Part shown: piece by piece, positions 53,101-63,432 of the stretch | Position numbering within the stretch: position 1 is the stretch's first letter | How the letters are laid out: every line of letters begins with the position of its first letter | NCBI GenBank assembly: GCA_965649765.1 | Contig: OZ287751.1 | Location: 39,308,001-39,372,000, forward strand | Direction of reading: 5' to 3' | Source: Bispira polyomma | Lineage: Eukaryota | DNA: 64,000 bases | Made by a program: the position numbers and the translations under genes | The notes under the pieces: generated by a model | The model's input: only the letters and a program-made list of their open reading frames with translations | What the model was told of the DNA's origin: nothing | The model's database searches: none

Positions 53101-55168
53101 ACAGGAGGCATTTGATACAAATAAGGAGGGTCAAAGCCAAATTGTGGGTGTTGGTCAACCGAAAGTAGCTATCCCTATAGTGAAAACTGAGAGTGGAAAC
53201 TTTGCAGCAGTTGTACCAAATGTAAACCACAAAATGCACTTGTCTAAATCTGTTGTGCAGCCATTTCAGAAACAAGAGGAGGCTAAACCTGCACCAGTTC
53301 TTCTGCAAAATGTTGGCTTAAACAGCTCTCTTCAAGACAATGCTGCTCAACATGCTGTACCCACACAGCAGAATGGGCTCCAACACCATGCATCATCCAC
53401 AACTAACAGACCGTATACAGTCAGTATACTGCCACCTATTGCTAGTGTGGCACAGGCCCTCCAGCCACAAATCAAATCTGAAAAGGAGGACCTAGCTGAG
53501 GAAGAATATTCCACAGATTCTGGAGATGACGATGACATGGATGAAGATTCTATACCACCGATAAGCCAGGTTAAACATGCAGAGAAAATTGCAGTATCTG
53601 GCAACAGTGCAAGACCAGTAGCAGCAGTACAACCAGTGAGAAGAGTAGATTCAGACTTAAAGGGTATGATCGATGACGATATCAACAGGAATGGGGTCAT
53701 AGAATCAACACAGGAACCTCATATCTGCCAGCCAGCAAAAACAAAGCAGAGCAATTATACATGTCCCAAATGCCAGAAAGGTTTTGCTGTTTTATCTGCT
53801 TTTCAGAAGCATCTGTTGAAACATGAGGAAGTCCGTCCTTTCAGATGCAATACCTGTGACATTGGCTTTAAGCTAAAGGTCCATTTGAAGAAGCATAACC
53901 TGTACAGACATAGTCTAGATTACCCATGTGAATGTAGGATTTGTGGAAAGCGCTTTAAAGATTCCTCAGCAATACGACTCCATGAAAGAATTCACTCTGA
54001 AGATCGTCCATTTGAATGTGGATGTGGCAAAAGCTTCAAGACAAAAGAAAATCTATGGGGCCACCAAAACAGGAAGATGTGTCCTTATGCAGGCTATCCA
54101 CCACCATCTCAAGACAACAAAGATTTTGAAATCAAACAAGAAAATGCAGTTCAAGCCCAGGCAATTTTAGAAGGAGATGGTGTCACAGCTTCTGCTTCAG
54201 TGAGGTCCCTGCAGAATGAGATTATTGCAGAGGCCAAAGTATCGAATAGCAAAGTAACTGCACAGGCCACCATTGGCAAAAATGGGGAAGTCAAAGCCAG
54301 TGTTCATCCGAGTCAGTTTATGGTATCCTCTGCCGAAAACAACTTTTCATATGACCCAGGTAATCAGATGACTGACCATAAAGCAATTTTGAAAACCGAA
54401 AATGGAGAAATTCATTGTAGAGTATCACTGCCATCCAGTACATCATCCTCCCAACTCCCGTCGTTTGAAACCTTCGCAGAACCCCCCAGTGCTTCTATGG
54501 AGCAGAATCTAGTCACATCTAAAGGTGTTGTGATGTCTCTCCTTGATGGCACCATTCAAATCAAGAAGGAGTCCATTGCAGACCAATGCCCGACCATACA
54601 GAATTTGTTGAAGAGAGGCCCAAGATCGGTGACCAAGTTGCCAGGCATACAGCAGCTGTTTAAGCAACACATTAAACCTCCGCCTCCATACCCAGGTCAC
54701 ATGACCCCACCGCACTATTCTGATGGCTCATCACATTCAAGTGGTAGCCCGATATCTAGTCCAAGCCATGGCATACCTTCATCTAGTCCTCTGTCACATT
54801 CGTACAGTCGTCAGAATAGCAGTCCCGATGAGAGTCCCAATCTCAACATGATGCTGAACCCAGACCAGCTCTTTACGACCACCAGCAGAGACCCATTCCT
54901 GCGTACTCCTCCGCCCCCTCTGTACAGTAAGTCTGCAGAGAGTTATGGCTCTCCTTCTGAATACTGTCTAACTATGAGTGGCACCCCCAAGAGTCCCCGG
55001 ATGTCCACCGCTGTCTCCCCAGCCCCGAGTGGATGCGGCGATAGCAACGTCCCCATCGTCTACTGGGATGACGAAGCTGACCGTAAGCCCGTCGTGGCTC
55101 AGTGGCAACAGACCGACTCTGACACGTTGTTCCATGAACTCTCCAGCAGCATGATCAACCAGTTGTAG
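50191..55168 (+). CDS. Giant terminal coding exon of a multi-cluster C2H2 zinc-finger transcription factor (11 fingers; N-terminus encoded upstream)
   Basis: 1655-codon open frame. Fingers: CPCGKSFKRKASYQRHMDILH, CNVCGKTFGKKCTLTMHMSIH, CDICGKSFSTEKYLQMHSSLH, a 4-finger array at 52178-52504 and a second at 53762-54082, with SDERPF/SDHRPY/SEDRPF linkers. Splice acceptor ttattttgtaattccag|G at 50190/50191. No in-frame ATG precedes the first finger. Stop TAG at 55166-55168. Confidence 0.95.
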
Positions 55169-56267
55169 CCTTGTGCGGGGACTATGTAACACAATAATGA
55201 TACCGTTGTTGAAAGAAAACCGGGCATTGGCAAATCTTAAAAAGTTACAAAAATATATATTTTGCATGTTTTTTTGTGTCAGTGATAAAATTGTATACTT
55301 GCTTTGATGGTGCAGTCATCTGTTTAAGAGAAAGACAAACAGCAGTAATATGTATCCATATATATTTATGATCTAAATGTAGTTTACAAATCTTGACAGA
55401 GATCTAAATGGGCTAGTCATATGTGGTATAAAATTGTACAAATTGTAACTGTTTCATGATATATAGATGCAGTTAGAATGTAGATATATTGTGTATGCTA
55501 GACTATTAATAATATTTTTATGTGACACCTGGCATGTATTTGTTGTAAATATATTTACATATATCAGATAAAAAGGGTTGATGTGGACCATTAGTAATGT
55601 GTAATGTTGCCCTTTCTATAAATGGCAATTGTCACAGTTTCTGATCTAATAATTGTTATATAAATTTATAATTTTTAATTTTAAACTTCAATATTTCTGA
55701 TATCAAACCGAAACTGAATTTTTAAACCAGAACAACCTTCTGTATATATATGTTGAAATATTTTCATGTCAAAGAAGAAATAGTAAGATTAGATGCCATG
55801 TGATCCATTCTCAATGATTAAGTAGAAAATGGTCAACTGGTAACTTGCAGTAAAATTCATAAGATTCAGTGTTTACAATACTTAGTTGTTTTGAACTGAT
55901 CTTGAAAATCAGTATTCTCCAGAAAATAACACTTAGATAACAAGTGATACATGAATATATATACATTGATATACATTTAATATTGTGATTGTGTGTCAAA
56001 TTTGGGTGATGTTTACCTTATAATGGTTGTGAAGGTAGTAGCAAAAAGTTTAATTAATTAAATATATATGCAAAGTTATTTATTGTTATCATATACACAA
56101 AGTGGGACCATATATTTATATTTACTTGTAATTTACTACATATGTTATAAATCTATTATATATACGAGATGGGAATGCCTTACCTTATAACCTTGCTGGG
56201 GTTCTTCAATTTTAGTCTTATAATAAGATATTGACACCTCCCTAAATTTGCTTTTTACAATAGAGGT

Positions 56268-56507
56268 AGAGTAAGTAAGAATCTAATATTTGCCATTGTA
56301 TCTGAAATTCACCCCCCCACCCACTCCTAGAAAATGTTGTGTTTTGGGTAGAATTGTAGGTAATATTTGCTGAAATTTTGTATGACTGTCATGCCTTATT
56401 TACCCAAATTCCAGTTATTGTTTTCCCAGTTTTTTTTATTGAAGTAGGGTCAAATTTAAGGGTGGTGAATTTTAGATACAGTTGCAAATTTTAGACTCCT
56501 TACTCTG
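56268..56507. mobile_element. MITE (Tc1/mariner-like) in the putative 3' UTR
   Basis: ~45-bp imperfect TIRs: agtaagaatctaatatttgccattgtatctgaaattcacc versus reverse-complement agtaaggagtctaaaatttgcaactgtatctaaaattcacc. The right end is ...CTG|TA. Confidence 0.75.
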
Positions 56508-56865
56508 TATCATTTATAGTCTAACTTGTATGACAGACCACCTGAAATAGACCAGAATTCTTATTTTTGAATCAACAAATTTGATTGGCTGACAATATTG
56601 TTTTAACGAAACTGATTGGATGCTGTCTTTTAAAATTTTGTATACTTATGTTCCTTTATTACCATGAACCTTTACTAAGAGTCCCAGCCAATCCATAATG
56701 ATCAACTATTATATTTTACTCTTGAGTGTCCGTATTTACAGGTTTTGACCCCCGTAGGAGAATATTGATCAATTTGAGCCCAGCAAGGCTACTGTTACTA
56801 CTTCTGTCCATTCCAGTCGCAAAAACATAATCACTTATCATTTCTTTATATATATTTTTTACCAG

Positions 56866-57034
56866 AAAAAAAATTGTTTATTTTATATATTGTTCAAACA
56901 TTCCAATGTAATATACTTTTATTGGACCAAAGTTGTTGATTGTGCAAGTTTATATGAGTGATATATATAAATATCGACAAAGAACCAATTTTCCAATATT
57001 GCCTTAATCTGATATATCCGTATTGGGGACCATA
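56866..57034. repeat. Direct repeat copy 1 (~170 bp)
   Basis: cattccaatgtaatatacttttattggaccaaagttgtt...aaatatcgacaaagaaccaattttccaatattgccttaatctgatatatccgta is nearly identical to 58297-58469. Confidence 0.92.
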
Positions 57035-57978
57035 AATAAAAACACTTGTATTGATTTCGTCCATATGTTGGTTGTGGTTATTGACTAATTGTGATATAAA
57101 TACTGATACCATAGTTGTTTACCGTTTTTTTTTTGGTGTTCATGATATACACATACAAGTCCATATTTTTACAGCCCAAAACACAAAAAAGAATAGTGTG
57201 TATTTTTTAAAAATGACATGCATTTAATGTATTGTGTGCATTTAAATTTTGTATATTAATAGTCCCACAATTTCTGCCTTACAAAAATAATGCATTAAAA
57301 TAATATTGGCTGTGAAAAATGGCTGTAGAAAAAAGTTTAAATATTCACAGAATCAATTCTGCAGCAGTTTCATAATGTACAATGTAGGCTGTTATTGCAC
57401 GAGTGCATTATTTATAAAGTACAAACACCAGTACATTGTATAAGTGGAGAATTTCACTAGGAATATAAACTAGCCATTTTAGCGATTGAGTTGGGGATAG
57501 TAAAAATTAAATTACCCTAACAAATTTGAACTTTTAAGGACACCTCAACGTTTAAAAAAATAGTCAGTATTAAGTTTTTTGAATTTCTTGAAGAAATTGC
57601 AAAAATCTGTCAAATTTGTTTTCTAGTTAAAAGTTTCCGCAGTAGTTTGTACCCATACTAAGGTATCATGTCTGGTCTGACTAGCCCTTCCTTTGTACGC
57701 CACCCACTTGGTGCTGACAATTTTTGGTCAAAACTGGAGTAAAGACACAGGATGTAAAACAGAAAAATTTAACCCCTTCTTTTAAGTAGAACTCAGATAA
57801 GTGGCATTACCTGTTAAGTAAAAAGTTATTATAAGGTCACATTACTATATTTTTGATTAAAATTTACCCTGTTAAATAGAATTTAAATTTTTATGCCCCC
57901 CTCCCTTCTTGATTCGACTTAACAGGGTTTCTACAGTTGAATGCCTTTAAGTCGAACCTTGAGTGAGCAGGATATATA

Positions 57979-58176
57979 CTGTAGAACCCTCCATTATCCG
58001 AATTTCTGTTAACGAAATATTTGATTTTTATGAACTCCAATTCCACTCTCCCTAATTAAGGTATATTTGTATTGTTGTTTAATACAAAGAAATGCGTCTT
58101 TCTTATTTGATCGACCTTCTATTATCCGAACAAACCATTGCTCTGCTAACATGTTCGGATAATAGGGGTTCTATTG
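57979..58176. mobile_element. pogo/Tigger-like MITE with TA TSD
   Basis: TA|CTGTAGAACCCTCCATTATCCGAA ... TTCGGATAATAGGGGTTCTATTG|TA, with an internal repeat of TATTATCCGAA. A related end fragment lies at 16430-16470. Confidence 0.85.
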
Positions 58177-58243
58177 TACCTCCTCTAAGAAAACATGATT
58201 TCCACTTAACAGGGTAAAAGGTTAAAGCAAAAGACCTTTGTGG

Positions 58244-58281
<38 letters not shown>

Positions 58282-58296
58282 CTATACTCCACAATT

Positions 58297-58469
58297 GAAA
58301 AATATGTTCTATTTGATATATTGTTGAAAATCATTCCAATGTAATATACTTTTATTGGACCAAAGTTGTTAATTGCAAGTTATGTGTTAGTGATATATAT
58401 TATAAATATCGACAAAGAACCAATTTTCCAATATTGCCTTAATCTGATATATCCGTACTTGGGACCATA
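58297..58469. repeat. Direct repeat copy 2
   Basis: Matches copy 1 at 56866-57034. Confidence 0.92.
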
Positions 58470-59632
58470 TTGTGGTTATTTGTGGTGATTGTGGTTGTAG
58501 TAACTTAAATAAGTTTGACTGTACAAAAAAAATATTACTGGTAGTCTGTAAAAAATACTAATGTGAAGATGTATTTCATATTAGCAACACTTGTACTAAT
58601 GTCAAAATTCTAAAGTTTTGTTAAAATCAATATTTAAATGAGAATGAAATCATAACAGTTTAGTGGGTTTGTTAGCTAGTATTCAGAATGTTTTAAAAAA
58701 AAACACAGTTTGGTACACAATGTTGTTGGTAACAATGGACAAACAATGGAGGTTTGAGGGTCCTAGGTGTGTAATATGAGTATTTCAGACAGTGTTCTAG
58801 TAAGTTATTAAGTTGTATATATGTATTACATGTATATACCTTAGTATAGTGACGATATACAAATTATGGTCACATCAATGTTGTCAAAGACTTTTAAATG
58901 TAACCATTCCTGTTGTTTTATGCATACAATAACATTGCAAATCTTTTTTTTTTTTGGAAGGGGGGGGGGGGGGGGGGTGGGGGGTGTCTGTGACCTTGGG
59001 GTTTGTTTGTTTTTTTTTTGTTTTTTTTGGGGGGTGTGTCATCTATTTGTATAAATGTTAGTACAAAAAAAAATGTTTAAATAATTCCTGTTATGCTCAC
59101 ACTTGTTAAGCAGTTTGTATGGCTTGTTTTCTTTTTTAAATGTTGTTCGTTCAGTAGAATTACACTGATATATGTATATAATATTGATAAAGCGTTCAGT
59201 ATATGATCACACAAAACATCACATGCTATATATATGGGATCATTGGCACTTGACAAAACTAAATTCACACACAAATATAAATATATATATAATGTTAATT
59301 ATTTTAACACATTAATAGCAATAAGAAATATGAGAATATTACTTTGTATTCTCCCCCCCCCCACCTCCCCTTTGATGCTTCAAACCCTGAATAAGAACTA
59401 CAAATCAAAATGCTTGTTTCATTCATGCCAGTCCCAGCAGACATTTTAATCATTGCTAAGAATACCCACCCTCAAAAAACATGTGTATGTTGATATGTCC
59501 ACATTGCTATTTATATATCATCCATTCTTGTTTTTTGGAACAGTATTGATAGATATACGTGTGTATATATAGAAAACAGTGTGTTCTTACTAATCTTGCA
59601 TTTACTTCTTTAAAGTTATTTTAGTGTGTATA

Positions 59633-59692
59633 AATAAATACAGTAAATGTCGTCAACTATATAAATGGTTTGCATGTGTTTTTTTGGTTTTC
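59633..59692 (+). terminator. Candidate polyadenylation signal of the zinc-finger gene
   Basis: AATAAA at 59633-59638, preceded by TGTA and followed ~30 nt later by a GT/T-rich element (ggtttgcatgtgttttttttggtttt). An alternative AATAAA lies at 62723-62728. Confidence 0.45.
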
Positions 59693-59739
59693 ATCTCTTC
59701 AGTGATTGTGTGGGAGGAAAACTCACCCATAAATATAAA

Positions 59740-59945
59740 TATCAATGGGTTTACATGAAGTGGGTCAGCATCTTTAAAGTGGGTCGATTTATAAATTCAC
59801 CGCAAATCTGTAAAGAACATCCCAAGTAATGTATTATATCAAAGAAATTGAGTATATTTTTGTCTGTAGAACAATGTAGTACTGAGTTAAAAATATAGAC
59901 CCACTTCATGACTGTAGACCCACTTTATTATGTTGACTCATGTAA
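59740..59945. mobile_element. Degenerate foldback/MITE with iterated AAGTGGGTC subterminal motifs
   Basis: CATGAAGTGGGTC (59754) and TAAAGTGGGTC (59775) are mirrored by GACCCACTTCATG (59898) and GACCCACTTTA (59917). Confidence 0.6.
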
Positions 59946-60059
59946 TCGTTTATGTAAGTTTGATCAGTTCCAAGCATTTAGTGTTTATGACTTGTTTAAA
60001 TATGGTTTTCGCTTGTTCAGGCATAAATTCTAATTATCAAGTATTGACTTTGTCAGTTC

Positions 60060-60390
60060 TTTACAGTTAAATATAATTCTTTCTCACCTCCACTATAATA
60101 GTCATGGGTTCGATTCTTGGCCAATGCATGTGGTAAATAGGCAACTTGGCAGCTAGTTGAGGCCTTTGGTACACAGTGCAGAAAACCTTGCGAAACTACC
60201 CTAGGCCTGTATTCAAAAACAAACTAAGCCAAGTCTTGGGCTTAAATCTAGTATACTTTTGTACTAGATTTAAGCCTAACACTGGGCTAAGTTTGTTGTA
60301 GTGAATAGCGGCCCTGGTACTGATTTCCTACAACAATAAACTTATTTATCACGTTATATTTTGTTGTTATTTTGGCATCAACCGATATAT
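60060..60390 (+). mobile_element. SINE family 1 copy interrupted by a palindromic insertion
   Basis: B box GGTTCGATTC and acagtgcagaaaaccttg lie upstream of the 60204-60313 palindrome. The body resumes as tactgatttcctacaacaataaa downstream. Confidence 0.7.
60204..60313. mobile_element. 110-bp fully palindromic mini-MITE (PIF/Harbinger-like ends)
   Basis: ~50-bp arms, a perfect inner 15-bp stem GGCTTAAATCTAGTA/TACTAGATTTAAGCC and an 8-nt loop. Ends are GGCC..TATTCA / TGAATA..GGCC. Confidence 0.85.
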
Positions 60391-60549
60391 AAAAATCTGG
60401 CACATGGAAGCATTGGCTTAAAGTTCTTGTGCGTCGGTCTGTTTGACAAAGGTTTCTAGTTAAAAATTAAAAAAAATATTGACCATTTGTGTAGTCATTC
60501 CTGTTTAGCATGTTTATAGGTTTATACCATGTACCAGTTATGGATGTCA

Positions 60550-60779
60550 GGGTCACCAGTGGCTTATTGGTTATAAATGTCTGAATCATAATCACTAGCC
60601 CTCTCGCCACCAATGTGGGTTCAAATCCTGTTTATGTGAGAAACTTTGTTGGCTACTTGCTGTAAATGGCAGTGGTTGTTTACAAGTGTTTTAGCTCTGG
60701 TTTCTTCCACCATTGAATCTGGGTATCATGATATGTATGACCTTTGTGGAAAAAAAGCGACGTTAACCCTAAACTAACT
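60550..60779 (+). mobile_element. SINE family 1 copy
   Basis: A box TGGCTTATTGG, B box GGTTCAAATCC, ctctggtttcttccacca...catgatatg and tail aaagcgacgttaaccc. Confidence 0.82.
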
Positions 60780-61134
60780 TGAAATTCATTGTGGGGTGTC
60801 TTGAAACCATAAAAAGGGTGTTTTTAAAGACAACAGAAATACATAGAACAGAGCTTGTAAAATTCTCTGGTTTTTCTCTCTTAAAACGAGATGCTTCAAG
60901 AAATACTTTGCAAAGCATCTATTCAGTTTGTAATTTGCAAAGAACCATCTCTTTACAAAGATAAATCAATGACATTCACATGCAATTGTAATTGTTACAT
61001 AACCCTTTGCTACAGAAGTGCTAGATTTGTAGACTGTACATACCGGTATATGTTTAAATTACATTTGTTTTGGTTCTTCTGCCCATGTGTCCTATGTGAC
61101 ACAATGTTAACATCTATCTAGATGTTTAATTCTG

Positions 61135-61342
61135 GGGTGCCGTATTTACAAAAAGATCCATGTGTGTTTACTCAATCTCAAGTGTTTGATTTTGGCTGAA
61201 ACGGTTAAGATTTTTGTCTTAGTCCAGTGATCATAAAAAAATATCTCCGTGTTAACTTTGTACTTAACACTAACAGTAGGCAGTCTTAAATATTGGATTA
61301 GACAATAAATGTGAAGACTAAAACCTTTTGTGAATACGACCC
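61135..61342. mobile_element. MITE with GGGYCGTATTCACAAAAG-type TIRs (PIF/Harbinger-like)
   Basis: gggtgccgtatttacaaaaag ... cttttgtgaatacgaccc, with flanks CTG/TTG. Related ends at 29943, 32690-32742 and 61963. Confidence 0.65.
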
Positions 61343-62842
61343 TTGATAAGTTGAGGCTCTATTGTTCATTATATCATTTTGTTTTTTATTGCAGGAGTAC
61401 ATTATTACACTAGTTACAGGGGGAAAAACATGTAAAATTTTTTAACTAAATATGGCAAACTTGATGCATTCCAGACATATTGGTGAGAAGGGAATCATGC
61501 TATAAATATATAAGCCCTTTTCAGAATGATAGTATATATTATTTACTTGGCAATAAATCGAGGACAATAATGTTTAAATTTTCTTGCCATTATAATGAAC
61601 ATAAAATCTGAAGATACATACATTCTCCTATATGTTTATACATAAATGTGATTTTATTCGAGACGATTCTATGCTACATTTCTGTACAATGGGTTTGAGA
61701 AAAAAAAATCAAATAATTTTTTCCAACCATGTTACATAACACATTCCATAAAAAATGCTAGCTTTTCTTTATATTCTTGAGAGGCAGTGTTAGATATAAA
61801 TATATATACTTGTATATCATTGATCTACATTGTGTGATGCTTGTTTGTTTTTGTTATAGTTTTTGTATCCTGTAAATCTTGTTTGTATATTTCTATATTT
61901 GTATTGTTCAACATCTCTCAATAAGGAGACATAAAGTCAACATATTTGGGTGCCTGAACTGTGGCCGTATTCTCAAAAAAAAAAAAAAAAAGAAAAAACA
62001 AAAACAATTGCTCTTTAACAAAACTTTGACACAAAGATAATCAAAGATCTTCATATTTCTAACTAAAAGACTGAACTAGAAGTAAAAACTTGACTGTATA
62101 TTTGAATTCAGCACTGAAAGCTCTTGTGTATAAAATGGTATAGACAGAAAAAAAGATTATTTCCATATTTTGAAGGACTTCCACATAGCCCTTCATTTGA
62201 GATTGTTTTTGAGTTTGACCTTGCGTTTTTTATTTGGAGAGTACAGGTTCTAGTATCTATATTTTATTGTTCTGGGTTTGAGTCCAGTTCTCGAGTCGAC
62301 TCCCCTTTTTAATTTAAATAGTGATTATGACGTTGAAGAATGAGTGGATTTCAATGAGATAAAATTAATAATTATAACCTCCAATGAACCTGAAATGATA
62401 TGATGAAACATGTATATATTAAAATCAATGATTTGAAACAAACTAAGTTACTTCTTTACCAACTATGATGTTGTACAAAAGCTCTGCAAAAATATTTCAC
62501 ACAATAATGTTTTTTGGGAGTGCTCACAGACAGTAGTCATAAACTAAATATATATATATATATATATATAAAAGCATCTTTAATGAGCAGTATTTAAAAA
62601 AAATTCTTATTAATTAGCTATATATATACATATGTTAACAACAATATTGTTTTACACTTCACAGTAATTGTTGTGTACAGTTCCTGTAGTTTAATCATAT
62701 TTTTTTTGTCATTGATGGTAAAAATAAATGTAGTATTGTACATGTTGTTTTCAATTCACTTTCCCTAAAGCTTTCACAATCTAATTTCCTTTTTATGATG
62801 GTTAGAAGAAACCCCTGATTTCAGTGAAAGCTAAATCTGTCA

Positions 62843-63432
62843 AACTGCCACAGTCATATCAAATGCACTTGTCAGCAGTCGATTGGACTACTGTAATTCT
62901 CTACTTCTTGGACTGACGAAGTACCAGCTGCAAAGGTTGCAGTCATTCAAGAATCACTTGTCCACAGCTGTGTACCATGTGGGAGCACACTTTGGTACTA
63001 CTCTTTTTTTTTCAAAAGGCTTCATTGGATACTTTTCAAATACCGTTTCATCTTCAAGACCAATGTTACCACATACAAAACTGTAAACCTTTATCAGCCC
63101 CATATCTTGCCTCATTGCTGTCTTTCAGCAGGCTTACCAGGGGAAACATAATTTTAGTCTCTGACACTAGAGCCAGTAACATTTGATGCTATGATTTTTC
63201 TGTGGCGGTACCATCCCCAATGGTATAATTTACTAACCAGTACAAAGATCATAGAAAACCCCTCTGGTTTCACAAGCAACCTTAAGACCCATCTGTTCAC
63301 CCTCATTCTCCATAAACATCTTTCTCACTCATGTCGCCCAACCCCCTAGAATCAGACTCTGATTTTAACAACTGTGAATGGTGTGCTTCAGAAGAAGCCT
63401 AGTCCATAAGGCATATCAAAAACCTATCATTT
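62843..63432 (+). mobile_element. Degenerate 3' fragment of an L2 LINE
   Basis: TATVISNALVSSRLDYCNSLLLGL, PYLASLLSFSRLTRGN and LKTHLF. The 3' end gtgcttcagaagaagcctag resembles the 3' stem of the main copy. Confidence 0.82.

Noticed and set aside
50174-55267. Antisense and alternative-frame ORFs overlapping the zinc-finger exon (e.g. 51412-51948, 52949-53308, 53347-53700)
   Set aside because: Shadow ORFs of a long coding frame with no recognisable domains.
56560-56860. Twin GATTGG region as a Crypton-like relic or promoter
   Set aside because: Only an impressionistic resemblance, with no termini or second copy in the window.
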